Part shown: piece by piece, positions 1-10,986 of the stretch
How the letters are laid out: the number at the start of each line of letters is the position of its first letter
Numbering within the stretch: position 1 is the stretch's first letter
Assembly (NCBI GenBank): GCA_019429445.1
Contig: JAHYIW010000001.1
Span: 85,336-149,335 of the forward strand
Length of the DNA: 64,000 nucleotides
Direction: 5' to 3'
From: Desulfuromonadaceae bacterium
GTDB taxonomy: Bacteria; Desulfobacterota; Desulfuromonadia; Desulfuromonadales; JAHYIW01
Position numbers and translations under genes: made by a program
The notes under the pieces: generated by a model
Told to the model about the DNA's origin: nothing
What the model saw: only the letters and a program-made list of their open reading frames with translations
Database searches by the model: none

Positions 1-453
1 CTGGGTCTGGTCGCCGACAATCCGGGCGATCAGCGCCGGAGCAATACAGACTGCCGCGAGCGGTTTGCGGGCGGCAAGCGTCGCCTTGACCAGTCGTTCG
101 ACTTCCGGGTTCACGGTGCAGTCGGTACCGTTGACGGCGAAGTCACAGAGATTCTTCGCTGCGCCGAAACCACCGGGGAAGATGAGTGCATCAAAATCGT
201 TGATCGTGACATCGGCCATGTTTTTGATCTTGCCGCGCGCAATCCGTGCGGATTCGACCAGAACATTGCGGCTTTCCCCCGCGACCGGTTCGCCGCTGAG
301 GTGATTGACGACGTGCAGCTGCGCGATATCAGGGGCCATGCAGACCGCCTCTGCTCCGGCCCGGTCGATTGCCAGCAGGGTGATGACCGCTTCGTGGATT
401 TCACTGCCGTCGTAAACCCCGCAACCGGAAAGGACAACACCTATCTTTGCCAT
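1..453 (-). CDS. elbB: ElbB / DJ-1-PfpI family glyoxalase (3' end runs off the window)
   Basis: Hand translation from ATG at 453: MAKIGVVLSGCGVYDGSEIHEAVITLLAIDR..., the typical ElbB N-terminus; GAGGAGG RBS upstream. Missing from the ORF track because it is truncated by the window edge. Confidence 0.9.
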   Translation of the reverse strand, partial: MAKIGVVLSGCGVYDGSEIHEAVITLLAIDRAGAEAVCMAPDIAQLHVVNHLSGEPVAGESRNVLVESARIARGKIKNMADVTINDFDALIFPGGFGAAKNLCDFAVNGTDCTVNPEVERLVKATLAARKPLAAVCIAPALIARIVGDQTQ

Positions 454-567
454 GGAGAACCTCCTCTCAATATTCAAAGCGGTACAGATTGTACACTGGG
501 ACACGGTTGGCAAGCATGTGTCATCAGCTTAAAAACTTCGTGGTGAATGTCAAGTATGCATCAAATT

Positions 568-1158
568 TCAACGCGAGTAAAGTACCGCCACCGCCCGCGG
601 TCGCGTCGGTCCCTTAACAACGTAACCGTGGGGTTCGGTTGAATCGTAATACACCGAGTCACCTGGACCCATCATCATGGTTTGATCACCGTAGCGCAGC
701 TCAATCTCCCCTTCGAGGACAAAGAGGAATTCCTCGCCTTCGTGGCTGACCAGCAATTCGTCATCCCATTCCTGAACTTCGAATTCAACCAGAAACGGTT
801 CCATGTGGCGATGCATCTTGCCATAGGCGAGGGAGTGGTAGCTGTACGGTGGTGGCGCGGCAGCGTTGACCAGCCGCCGGTTTTTTTTGCGCCGTTCCTC
901 AGCCCGCACCAGAATACATTTTTGGGTTACGTCGGCTTCCTGAAAGAATGTTTGCAACGGCACGTTAAACGCTTTGGCGATGCGCAGCAGCGTCGCCAGC
1001 GGGGGGATGACCTGTTCATTTTCGATCTGCGACAGCAACGGTTTGGAGAGCCCGGAGGCCTCGGCCATGTCCTGCAAGGTCATCCGCCGCTCCTGACGCA
1101 TACCTCGAACCTTGAAGCCAATCCCCAGCTCCTTGACTTCATCGCGGATGTTGTTCAT
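568..1158 (-). CDS. XRE-family HTH regulator with C-terminal cupin domain (PuuR-like)
   Basis: HTH 'MTLQDMAEASGLSKPLLSQIENEQVIPPLATL'; cupin 'HEGEEFLFVLEG...GDSVYYDSTEPH'; start moved to MNNIRDE behind a GAGG RBS. Confidence 0.9.
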   Translation of the reverse strand: MNNIRDEVKELGIGFKVRGMRQERRMTLQDMAEASGLSKPLLSQIENEQVIPPLATLLRIAKAFNVPLQTFFQEADVTQKCILVRAEERRKKNRRLVNAAAPPPYSYHSLAYGKMHRHMEPFLVEFEVQEWDDELLVSHEGEEFLFVLEGEIELRYGDQTMMMGPGDSVYYDSTEPHGYVVKGPTRPRAVAVLYSR

Positions 1159-1192
1159 CTGCTCTACCTCTTGAGTGGTTGTGAAAAACTTT

Positions 1193-1341
1193 GATGGCGT
1201 CGCAAAAAGTGCGGCCAACCGCGTTACGCTGGTTTTTCAGGACCTCGACCTGCCTGATGCAGGCCTTCGCCGCTGAAAAACCACCAAGCCCTGGAGGACG
1301 AATTTTTGCTTAGCCAGCTCATTCTTTTTTGCAAGTGCATC
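1193..1341. mobile_element. MITE-like element family A, copy 1 (~150 bp, non-coding)
   Basis: Ends GATGGCGTCGCAAAAA ... TTTTTGCAAGTGCATC form imperfect terminal inverted repeats; close reverse-complement match to 43850..43999; flanks AACTTT/AAATTT (5/6 match, putative target duplication). Confidence 0.85.
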
Positions 1342-1402
1342 AAATTTTAATCTGTTGCGCGTTCATGTCCAGCGCCGCGTCGCGTCTCCCGACGGGGAGT
1401 TC

Positions 1403-3076
<1,674 letters not shown>

Positions 3077-3255
3077 GGTCTTTCCTCTTTGATGAATGCG
3101 TTCAATAACGCAGATAGTGTCATTGGATTGCACGGTTTTACCGTTGCCGACGGGACATGTCAAGCCGGGAGAGGGGGGACGGCGATTATCGGGCAGGAAT
3201 TTCAGCAACAAGTTTTATTCTCGCTAAATATTTTTGTCTGGGCTAGAATTCCCGC

Positions 3256-4128
3256 ATGAGTACCCTGGCTTTCATTTTGATTCTGTCCTCCGCCCTGATG
3301 CACGCCCTCTGGAATCTGCTGGTCAAGTGCAGCCGTGACAAGACCGTTTTTATCTGGTGGATGTTTATCGCTTCCGGCGGCATGTTGAATCTTCTGGTTT
3401 GGAGCCTGCCTGCGCCGTTTCCGCCACTGACCCCGCAGATTCTCGTCCTGAGTGCCGGGGGGGGTGGTTGTTTTGTGCTTTATCATCTGCTTACCGGGCG
3501 GGCCTACCGTGATGGCGATCTGTCGATGACCTATCCGCTGGCCCAGACGGCGACCGCCTACGTGCCGATGTGGGGGGTGTTGCTGCTGGGTGAGGAGCTG
3601 TCCGTTGTTGGTCTTGGCGGGATCTTCCTGATTCTCGTCGGTGTCTACAGTGTTCAGTTGCGACGCCCGTCTCTCGATGATGCGCTGCGTCCATTGCGTA
3701 ATCTGCGCAACCCCACGGTGCAAGCGGCGCTGGCCGCTGGTTTTGTCTACTCGATCGGTGCCGTTTTTGACAAGCGCGGGGTGCTTTCGTACCCCCCTTT
3801 TTATTTTACTTATCTGCTCGTGATGGCGATGCTCCTGTTTATGTCCCTCAATCTGCTGCGTTCGCGCTATCGGGGGCGTGTGCTGGCGGAGTGGCAGTGC
3901 AGTCGCCCGCTCATCCTCCTCTCCGGACCGGTGATGATGGGGTCTTTTCTGACCTTTCGCTATGCCCTGACGATCACCCCGCTCAGCTATGCCGTTCCGG
4001 CAAGGCAGGTCAGTTTGCTCTTCGGCATCCTGCTCGGTGTCTATTTTCTTGGCGAATCGTTCGGTCGTATTCGCTTTATCGCCGGTCTGCTGGTTTTGGC
4101 AGGGGTTTTTCTGCTGCGCCTGGGGTAA
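3256..4128 (+). CDS. EamA/DMT family transporter
   Basis: About 10 hydrophobic helices; 'LMHALWNLLVK', 'GDLSMTYPLAQ', 'LGESFG' DMT motifs. Confidence 0.9.
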   Translation: MSTLAFILILSSALMHALWNLLVKCSRDKTVFIWWMFIASGGMLNLLVWSLPAPFPPLTPQILVLSAGGGGCFVLYHLLTGRAYRDGDLSMTYPLAQTATAYVPMWGVLLLGEELSVVGLGGIFLILVGVYSVQLRRPSLDDALRPLRNLRNPTVQAALAAGFVYSIGAVFDKRGVLSYPPFYFTYLLVMAMLLFMSLNLLRSRYRGRVLAEWQCSRPLILLSGPVMMGSFLTFRYALTITPLSYAVPARQVSLLFGILLGVYFLGESFGRIRFIAGLLVLAGVFLLRLG

Positions 4129-4202
4129 TGTCTGTACGGTGCTGGCGATACGCATTAAGGGAAACGCCATTTTATTCTTCAGTCAGATTAAATATTTTTT
4201 CA

Positions 4203-4246
4203 TTGACACGTCAATCATCTGTCGTTATATAGTTATGGTCAGACCA
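4203..4246 (+). promoter_or_regulatory. Sigma70-like promoter of rnf with a FadR-subfamily GntR-type palindromic operator
   Basis: TTGACA at 4203, AT-rich -10 region about 4226-4233, and palindrome TGGTCAGACCA at 4236-4246. Confidence 0.6.
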
Positions 4247-4297
4247 ATTTAACGGTCTTTTTTTATTCTCTGACCCAAAAAGCAATGTGGCGGTAAG

Positions 4298-4879
4298 ATG
4301 ACAGAACTTGTGCTTATATTGATCAGCGCGATTTTCGTTAACAACTTTGTCCTTGCCCGTTTTCTCGGTATTTGCCCGTTCATGGGGGTGTCGAAGAAGG
4401 TTGAGACGGCGGTTGGCATGGGGATGGCGGTTGCTTTCGTCATGACTGTTGCGACGGTGGTGACCTGGTTTCTGCACTATTTTATTCTCCAGCCGCTCGG
4501 TATTGAATATTTGCAGACCATCGTTTTTATTCTGGTGATTGCCGCGCTGGTGCAGCTGGTCGAAATGGTGATTCAGAAAGTCAGTCCGGTCCTCTACCAG
4601 TCTCTTGGTATTTTCCTGCCGTTAATTACCACCAACTGTGCGGTGCTCGGCCTGGCCGTGTTGAATATTCAAAAAGAGTACACCTTTCTTGAAGGGGTTT
4701 TTTTTGCCATCGGCGCGGCGGCCGGGTTTACTTTGGCGATGGTTCTCTTTGCCGGACTGCGCGAGCGGATTGATCTGTGCCCGGTGCCGCGTAGCTTTCG
4801 GGGGACGGCGATTGCCATGGTGACCGCAGGGTTGCTGTCACTGGCGTTCATGGGGTTTGCCGGCATGGTGAAGGGATAA
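4298..4879 (+). CDS. rnfA: Rnf complex subunit A
   Basis: '[21 protein letters not shown]', '[16 protein letters not shown]'. Confidence 0.95.
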   Translation: MTELVLILISAIFVNNFVLARFLGICPFMGVSKKVETAVGMGMAVAFVMTVATVVTWFLHYFILQPLGIEYLQTIVFILVIAALVQLVEMVIQKVSPVLYQSLGIFLPLITTNCAVLGLAVLNIQKEYTFLEGVFFAIGAAAGFTLAMVLFAGLRERIDLCPVPRSFRGTAIAMVTAGLLSLAFMGFAGMVKG

Positions 4880-4905
4880 ATTGCCGGTGAAGAGTGTGAT
4901 TAACG

Positions 4906-5748
4906 ATGCTTGAAGCGATTTTAAGTCTGGGTGGTGTCGGCTTTTTCGCGGCGCTTGCCCTGGGTTTTGCAGCGCGGAAATTTGCTGTCGAAGTCGATGC
5001 GCGTGAGGCCGCGATTCTTGAAGTACTGCCCGGCGCCAACTGCGGCGCCTGCGGTTTTCCCGGCTGTGGTGGTTACGCCAGGGCGGTTGCCTCCGGAGCT
5101 GTCGCCCCGGAGTTGTGCCCCCCCGGCGGGCCCGAGACGGTGGCCAGAATTGCCAGAATTATCGGCGTCGCGGCGATTGCGGTTGATCCGCAGGTGGCCG
5201 TGGTGATTTGTCAGGGGGATCAGCAGCGGGCGACCGAAAAATACCGTTACCTCGGTATCAGCGATTGCCGCGCCGCGCAGAAGCTTGCCGACGGGCCGAA
5301 GACCTGCCCCGGCGGCTGCCTGGGGCTGGGGACCTGCGCGGCGATCTGCCCCTTCGGGGCGATTACCATGACCGATCAGCACCTGGCGGTGATTGATCGC
5401 GACAAGTGCGTCGGTTGTCGTAAATGCGTTGAGCCCTGTCCGCGACAGGTGATCAAGATGACGCCCCGCTCAGTCTCCGTGCACGTGCTTTGCAACAGCC
5501 ATGACAAAGGCGCGCTGGTGCGTCAGTATTGTCAGGTGGGGTGTATCGCTTGTCAGCTGTGTAAAAAAGTGGCACCGGAAGCTTACGTGATCGAAGATTT
5601 TCTGGCCCGTGTCGATTATCGCCATGCGGTCAAGCCGACCGCCGGTGTCGAAGTGGCCATTGAAAAGTGTCCGACCCATTGTATCCGCGATGACAATCCG
5701 CCGCCAGCCCCCGTGCCCGACGAGAAACCTGCTCCGCAGGCGGCCTGA
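4906..5748 (+). CDS. rnfB: Rnf complex subunit B (polyferredoxin)
   Basis: N-terminal TM, 'LPGANCGACGFPGC', multiple CxxCxxC clusters. Confidence 0.93.
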   Translation: MLEAILSLGGVGFFAALALGFAARKFAVEVDAREAAILEVLPGANCGACGFPGCGGYARAVASGAVAPELCPPGGPETVARIARIIGVAAIAVDPQVAVVICQGDQQRATEKYRYLGISDCRAAQKLADGPKTCPGGCLGLGTCAAICPFGAITMTDQHLAVIDRDKCVGCRKCVEPCPRQVIKMTPRSVSVHVLCNSHDKGALVRQYCQVGCIACQLCKKVAPEAYVIEDFLARVDYRHAVKPTAGVEVAIEKCPTHCIRDDNPPPAPVPDEKPAPQAA

Positions 5749-5774
5749 AGTGCTCTCGAGATGAAACTGAAGAG

Positions 5775-7106
5775 ATGAAGATAAAACGTTTTTCGGGCGG
5801 GCTGCATCCGCCGGAACATAAATCGACTGCTGCCAGGGCGATTGAACAGTGTTCACTGCCGGACGAGCTGGTCATCCCGCTGGCGCAACATATCGGTGCC
5901 CCTGCCGAGCCGTGCGTGGTGATCGGTGACACGGTGGCCAAGGGGCAGCTCATCGCGCAGCCCCGCGGATTCGTTTCGGTGCCGATTCACGCGTCAAGTT
6001 CCGGGGTGGTGACGGCGGTCGAGCCGCGTCTGCACCCCATGGGACGTCCGTTGCTGGCGATTGTGATCAAACCGGATGGCCGTGACGCCTGGCCCGACGG
6101 TCTTGAGGGCGGGATGAATCCGTTGCTGGTCAATCCGTTAACGCTGCCGCCGAGTCGCTTGCGCGATATGGTATGCAATGCCGGAGTAGTCGGTCTGGGG
6201 GGAGCGACTTTTCCCACGCATGTTAAATTGTCGCCGCCGGGCGGGAAAAAAATCGACACCCTGATTCTCAACGGCGTTGAATGCGAACCGTACCTCACCG
6301 CTGATCACCGTCTGATGCTTGAGGAGACGGGCCGGGTTCTTGCCGGGATCGATATTCTGCGGCGGATTCTCGGGGTCGAACGGGTCTGTATCGGCATCGA
6401 GGAAAACAAGCCGGACGCGATTGCGGTGATGCGCGACGCCTGCGTGCGGCGCGACATTGAGGTGATTGCGCTCAAGGTGATGTATCCGCAGGGGGCGGAA
6501 AAGCAATTGATCCTTGCGGTAACCGGGCGTCAGACGCCTTCCGGCGGTTTGCCGATGGATGTCGGGGTGGTGGTACAGAATGTCGGCACTGCGGCGGCGG
6601 TGGCCGATGCCATTATTCACGGTCGCCCGCTGGTTGAGCGGATCGCGACGATTACTGGTCCGGCGCTGGTTGAACCGAAGAATCTGCGCATCCGCATCGG
6701 TACTTCGTTACGTCATCTGGTCGCCGAGTGTGGTGGACTGCGTGAAGAGGTGGTCAAGGTGATTATGGGAGGGCCGATGATGGGGCAGACCCAGTTGTCT
6801 CTTGATGTACCCGCCATCCGGGGGACCTCCGGGCTGTTGCTGCTCGGCAAAAATGCGGTAGCGACGCGGTCGGAAGGCCCCTGTATCCGTTGCGCACGCT
6901 GTGTAAGTGTCTGCCCGGCACGCTTGCTGCCGACGACGATCTCGGCCTACGCACGCCGCGACATGATTGCCGAGGCGGAACGGTTCAACGCCCTTGACTG
7001 CATCGAATGTGGCTGCTGTGCCTATAGTTGTCCTGCCCGCATCCCGCTGGTGCAGTCGATTCGTCAGGTCAAAGGGGCGATTCTGGCCAAACGGAGATTG
7101 TCCTGA
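5775..7106 (+). CDS. rnfC: Rnf complex subunit C
   Basis: 'FSGGLHPPEHK', 'GLGGATFPTHVKL', 'ECEPYLTADHRLM', 'CIECGCCAYSCP'. Confidence 0.95.
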   Translation: MKIKRFSGGLHPPEHKSTAARAIEQCSLPDELVIPLAQHIGAPAEPCVVIGDTVAKGQLIAQPRGFVSVPIHASSSGVVTAVEPRLHPMGRPLLAIVIKPDGRDAWPDGLEGGMNPLLVNPLTLPPSRLRDMVCNAGVVGLGGATFPTHVKLSPPGGKKIDTLILNGVECEPYLTADHRLMLEETGRVLAGIDILRRILGVERVCIGIEENKPDAIAVMRDACVRRDIEVIALKVMYPQGAEKQLILAVTGRQTPSGGLPMDVGVVVQNVGTAAAVADAIIHGRPLVERIATITGPALVEPKNLRIRIGTSLRHLVAECGGLREEVVKVIMGGPMMGQTQLSLDVPAIRGTSGLLLLGKNAVATRSEGPCIRCARCVSVCPARLLPTTISAYARRDMIAEAERFNALDCIECGCCAYSCPARIPLVQSIRQVKGAILAKRRLS

Positions 7107-7107
7107 C

Positions 7108-8103
7108 ATGACAGAACAATACTATCTCTCCTCCTCGCCCCATATGCATTCCGGCGCAACTACCGACAAGGTGATGCGCGACGTGATTTACGCATTGCTC
7201 CCTGCCTGTCTGACGGCGGTGTGGTTTTTCGGGCTTGCCGCATTGACCACCTTGCTGCTGTGCGTTGCTTCCTGTCTGGTTGCCGAAGCGGCGTGTCTCA
7301 AATTGCAGGGGCGGGCGCAGACCCCCCTGGCTGACGGCAGTGCGGTGTTGACCGGTCTTTTGCTGGCGCTTAATCTGCCCGCCGCTGCACCCTGGTGGCT
7401 GGCAGTGCTCGGCGGCGGGGTGGCCATTGTTATCGGCAAGCAGGTTTACGGCGGTCTCGGGTACAACCTGTTCAACCCGGCATTGGTGGCGCGGGTGGTG
7501 CTGCTGATCTCTTTTCCGATCCAGATGACCAGCTGGACCGCTCCGCTGAGTTCGGCTTCGGGGGTGGACGCGGTGACCATGGCAACGCCCCTTGGCGAAT
7601 GGAAAACCGCCGTGATGCTCACCGGTAAGCTGCCTGCTGTGCAGTCGGCAGACTATCTCAACTATCTGACCGGCAACATGGCCGGGTGTCTTGGCGAGGT
7701 TTCCGCCGTCGCCGTACTGATTGGCGCGGCTTATCTCTTCTGGCGGCGTATCATCACCTGGCATATCCCCCTGACTTTTGTTGTTACGGTGGCGGTGCTG
7801 ACCGGCATCTTCTGGCTCGTCGATCCGACGCGTTATCCCGATCCGTTGCTGCATTTGTTGACCGGCGGCTTGCTGCTCGGTGCCTTTTTCATGGCAACCG
7901 ACATGGTGACTTCGCCGGTATCCTCTACGGGGATGATCATCTTCGGGTTCGGCTGCGGGTTGATCACGGTCCTGATCCGACTCTTCGGTGGCTATCCGGA
8001 AGGTGTGTCGTTCGCGATTCTGCTGATGAATGCGGCGACGCCGTTGATTGATCGCTACACGCCACCGCGCAAGTTTGGTGCGGTCGGGGAGGGGGGGCGA
8101 TGA
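7108..8103 (+). CDS. rnfD: Rnf complex subunit D
   Basis: Start MTEQYYLSSSPH; 'GGLGYNLFNPAL', FMN-attachment 'MATPL', 'GGYPEGVSFAILLMN'. Confidence 0.95.
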   Translation: MTEQYYLSSSPHMHSGATTDKVMRDVIYALLPACLTAVWFFGLAALTTLLLCVASCLVAEAACLKLQGRAQTPLADGSAVLTGLLLALNLPAAAPWWLAVLGGGVAIVIGKQVYGGLGYNLFNPALVARVVLLISFPIQMTSWTAPLSSASGVDAVTMATPLGEWKTAVMLTGKLPAVQSADYLNYLTGNMAGCLGEVSAVAVLIGAAYLFWRRIITWHIPLTFVVTVAVLTGIFWLVDPTRYPDPLLHLLTGGLLLGAFFMATDMVTSPVSSTGMIIFGFGCGLITVLIRLFGGYPEGVSFAILLMNAATPLIDRYTPPRKFGAVGEGGR

Positions 8104-8726
8104 GAGAAATTCTCCGGCTGGTCTGCACCTTGACCCTGATTGCATGCATTGCCGGTGCCGTATTGTCGTTGGTCGAGGTGGCAACGCGCGAACCGATCGC
8201 GGCACAGCGGCGTCTGGTGATGTTGCGTGCGCTACAGGCGGTGTTACCCGCATTCGATAACCAACCTGATAACGACACCGTGGTCCTTGGCCGTGGTCGT
8301 GACAAGCGTGGACGGGAACTCAGGCAAACCTTCTTCCGCGCGCGCAACGGCGGCAAGCTGGTCGGCATCGCCTGCAGTGTAACCGCCCCCGATGGCTATA
8401 GCGGCAATATCGACATCATGGTCGGGATCACCCCGGACGGAACGGTTCAGGGCATCGAGATCCTCTCCCATATGGAAACTCCGGGATTGGGCGACAAGAT
8501 CACCCAGCAACCGTTCAAACAGCAATTTCATGACAAGTCGCTCGACAATGCTGATTGGCGGGTGAAAAAGGACGGCGGGGCGTTTGATCAGATTACCGGT
8601 GCGACAATTTCCCCCCGGGCGGTCGTCGGTGCGGTGCGCAAGGCGCTGGAATTTTATCACCGGAACAGCGCCGCGATCACGGTGCCAGAACCACCGGAAA
8701 CTCCGCCGACAGGAGGGGGAGAATGA
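8100..8726 (+). CDS. rnfG: Rnf complex subunit G
   Basis: 'ETPGLG', FMN-binding 'DQITGATISP'. Confidence 0.95.
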   Translation: MREILRLVCTLTLIACIAGAVLSLVEVATREPIAAQRRLVMLRALQAVLPAFDNQPDNDTVVLGRGRDKRGRELRQTFFRARNGGKLVGIACSVTAPDGYSGNIDIMVGITPDGTVQGIEILSHMETPGLGDKITQQPFKQQFHDKSLDNADWRVKKDGGAFDQITGATISPRAVVGAVRKALEFYHRNSAAITVPEPPETPPTGGGE

Positions 8727-9316
8727 GTGTGCTGCAAGAGTTCAGCAAAGGGTTGTGGCGAGAAAATGCGGTATTCAAGCTGCTCCTCGGTCTGTGTCCG
8801 ACTCTGGCGGTCACCACCAGTGCCGAGAATGGCCTCGGTATGGGGCTGGCGACGACATTTGTGTTGCTCTGCTCCAACAGCGTCGTTTCGCTGTTGCGCA
8901 AGGTGATCCCGCCGCAAGTCCGGATTCCGGCTTTCATTGTCATTATCGCGTCGTTTGTAACCGTCGTCCAGTTGTGTATGGAAGCCTATCTTTACAGCCT
9001 GTATCAGGCGCTGGGCATCTTTATTCCGCTGATCGTGGTCAATTGCCTGATCCTTGGCCGGGCAGAAGCCTTTGCGTCGAAAAACACCTTCCGTAGGGCT
9101 TTTTTTGACGGCCTCGGGATGGGCACAGGTTTTACTCTGGCCCTGTTTTTGCTTGGCGCAGTGCGAGAAATTTTTGGTTCCGGCACGTTGCTCGGTGTCG
9201 CCCTTTTCGGGGAGGGTTATCAGCCCCTGTTGTTAATGATCCTGCCACCTGGCGCTTTTATCACCCTGGGTCTGTTGCTGGCCGCGATGAATCGCTTTGA
9301 GTCACGACAAAAATAA
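8723..9316 (+). CDS. rnfE: Rnf complex subunit E
   Basis: 'LGLCPTLAVTTS', 'IPLIVVNCLILGRAEAFA', 'LPPGAF'. Confidence 0.95.
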   Translation: MSVLQEFSKGLWRENAVFKLLLGLCPTLAVTTSAENGLGMGLATTFVLLCSNSVVSLLRKVIPPQVRIPAFIVIIASFVTVVQLCMEAYLYSLYQALGIFIPLIVVNCLILGRAEAFASKNTFRRAFFDGLGMGTGFTLALFLLGAVREIFGSGTLLGVALFGEGYQPLLLMILPPGAFITLGLLLAAMNRFESRQK

Positions 9317-9441
9317 CCTGCCCACCTGCCGCTTCAGCGCCTTTCCCGGTTCTTCTGTTGCGCACCTATAGCTGACTTTCTTTGTCCCCTATTTTGATGA
9401 ATAACTACCTGTTAACAATTAGTTAGAACTGAAAAAATTGC

Positions 9442-9493
9442 ATACTGTATACTGTATTTTTTCCTTGACAAGGGGCTTAATTTGTCTTAACTT
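9442..9493 (+). promoter_or_regulatory. Sigma70-like promoter of nuo operon with upstream ATACTGT tandem repeat
   Basis: TTGACA (9465) - 17 bp - TAACTT (9488); ATACTGT-ATACTGT at 9442-9455. Confidence 0.55.
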
Positions 9494-9576
9494 GCACCGC
9501 CGAACGAGCACAAGAGAGCTCGTCAGATAATGTCAGACGAAACATCCTATATGAACTGCCGAGAGGAGCTTTTTCC

Positions 9577-9933
9577 ATGCTTGAAAGTTACCTGCCGATA
9601 CTCTTTCTGATCCTGGTCGCGATAGGCTTCGGGGTTATCGTCGTTGTTCTTTCACGACTGATTGGGCAGAAGAAGCCGACCGCCATCAAGCTGGCTCCGT
9701 ACGAGTGCGGGATGCCACCGGTCGGAAGCGCACGTGAACGGTTTTCCATCAAGTTTTACATCATCGCCATGCTCTTCATTCTGTTCGATATTGAGGCGGT
9801 CTTTCTCTACCCCTGGGCGGTCATGTTCAAGCGGTTGGGTCTCTTCGGTTTCGTAGAGATGGGCGTCTTCATCGCGATTTTGCTGGTCGGTTATATTTAC
9901 GTCTGGAAAAAAGGAGCACTGGAATGGGAATAG
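9577..9933 (+). CDS. nuoA: NADH-quinone oxidoreductase subunit A
   Basis: 'YECG', '[15 protein letters not shown]', 'KKGALEWE'. Confidence 0.96.
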   Translation: MLESYLPILFLILVAIGFGVIVVVLSRLIGQKKPTAIKLAPYECGMPPVGSARERFSIKFYIIAMLFILFDIEAVFLYPWAVMFKRLGLFGFVEMGVFIAILLVGYIYVWKKGALEWE

Positions 9934-10433
9934 AGGAGACTCTGGGCAACAACGTCATCACGACGTCGCTGGATAAGCTGGTCAACTGGTCGCGCTCTCG
10001 TTCGCTGTGGCCGATGACCTTCGGTCTGGCCTGTTGTGCCATCGAAATGATGGCCACCGGCGCCGCCCGTTTTGACCTTGACCGTTTTGGTATCCTGTTC
10101 CGCGCCTCGCCGCGGCAATCGGACCTGATTGTGATCGCCGGGACGGTTACCAAGAAGATGCTGCCGGTTATTCAGACGGTGTACGAGCAGATGCCGGAAC
10201 CCCGTTATGTTATCGCGATGGGCGCCTGTGCCTGTTCGGGAGGAATTTTCGACACTTACAGTACAGTCCAGGGGATTGATGAGGGATTGCCGGTCGATGT
10301 TTATATCCCCGGTTGCCCGCCGCGCCCCGAGGGTTTGCTCTACGGCTTTATGAAGCTGCAAGAGAAGATCATGGCGGAACGGAATTCGTTCGGTGCGGTG
10401 ATCGGTATTGGTGACCGGATCGACGGCGTCTAA
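9924..10433 (+). CDS. nuoB: NADH-quinone oxidoreductase subunit B
   Basis: '[11 protein letters not shown]', 'PGCPPRPE'. Confidence 0.96.
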   Translation: MGIEETLGNNVITTSLDKLVNWSRSRSLWPMTFGLACCAIEMMATGAARFDLDRFGILFRASPRQSDLIVIAGTVTKKMLPVIQTVYEQMPEPRYVIAMGACACSGGIFDTYSTVQGIDEGLPVDVYIPGCPPRPEGLLYGFMKLQEKIMAERNSFGAVIGIGDRIDGV

Positions 10434-10459
10434 TCAGGAATACGACGGGGTTAATCGAT

Positions 10460-10942
10460 ATGAGTGAACATGTAGCAGTTGCCAAACTGCAAGGTAAATT
10501 CTCCACCGAAGTGCTGGAGGTCAAAGAGTTTCGCGGTGAAACGACGGTGACTGTCAAGAAAGAGGACATCGTTGCGATCTGTGCGTTTCTGAAGAGCGAG
10601 CTTGGCTACAATCTGCTGTCCGACCTGTGTGGAGTTGATTACCTTGGCCAGACACCGCGCTTTCAGGTTGTTTACAATATGTACAACATCTCCACCAAGG
10701 ATCGGCTGCGAATTAAGGCACCGGTCGAGGAGGGCGATGCGACCATCGACACCGTGAGCGGAGTCTGGAGCACCGCAAACTGGCTTGAGCGTGAGTGTTG
10801 GGACCTGATGGGGATTGGTTTTAATAACCACCCTGATCTGCGTCGCATTCTGCTGCCGGACGACTGGGAAGGGCACCCGTTGCGCAAGGATTATCCCGTG
10901 CAGGGGCCCGATCGTGAACCGTATCAGGGCCGGGTTTCGTGA
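10460..10942 (+). CDS. nuoC: NADH-quinone oxidoreductase subunit C
   Basis: 'ERECWDLMGI', 'GHPLRKDYP'. Confidence 0.96.
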   Translation: MSEHVAVAKLQGKFSTEVLEVKEFRGETTVTVKKEDIVAICAFLKSELGYNLLSDLCGVDYLGQTPRFQVVYNMYNISTKDRLRIKAPVEEGDATIDTVSGVWSTANWLERECWDLMGIGFNNHPDLRRILLPDDWEGHPLRKDYPVQGPDREPYQGRVS

Positions 10943-10986
10943 GTTTCGGTTCCGACAATTATCGTTTCCGATAGAAGAGGCAGACA

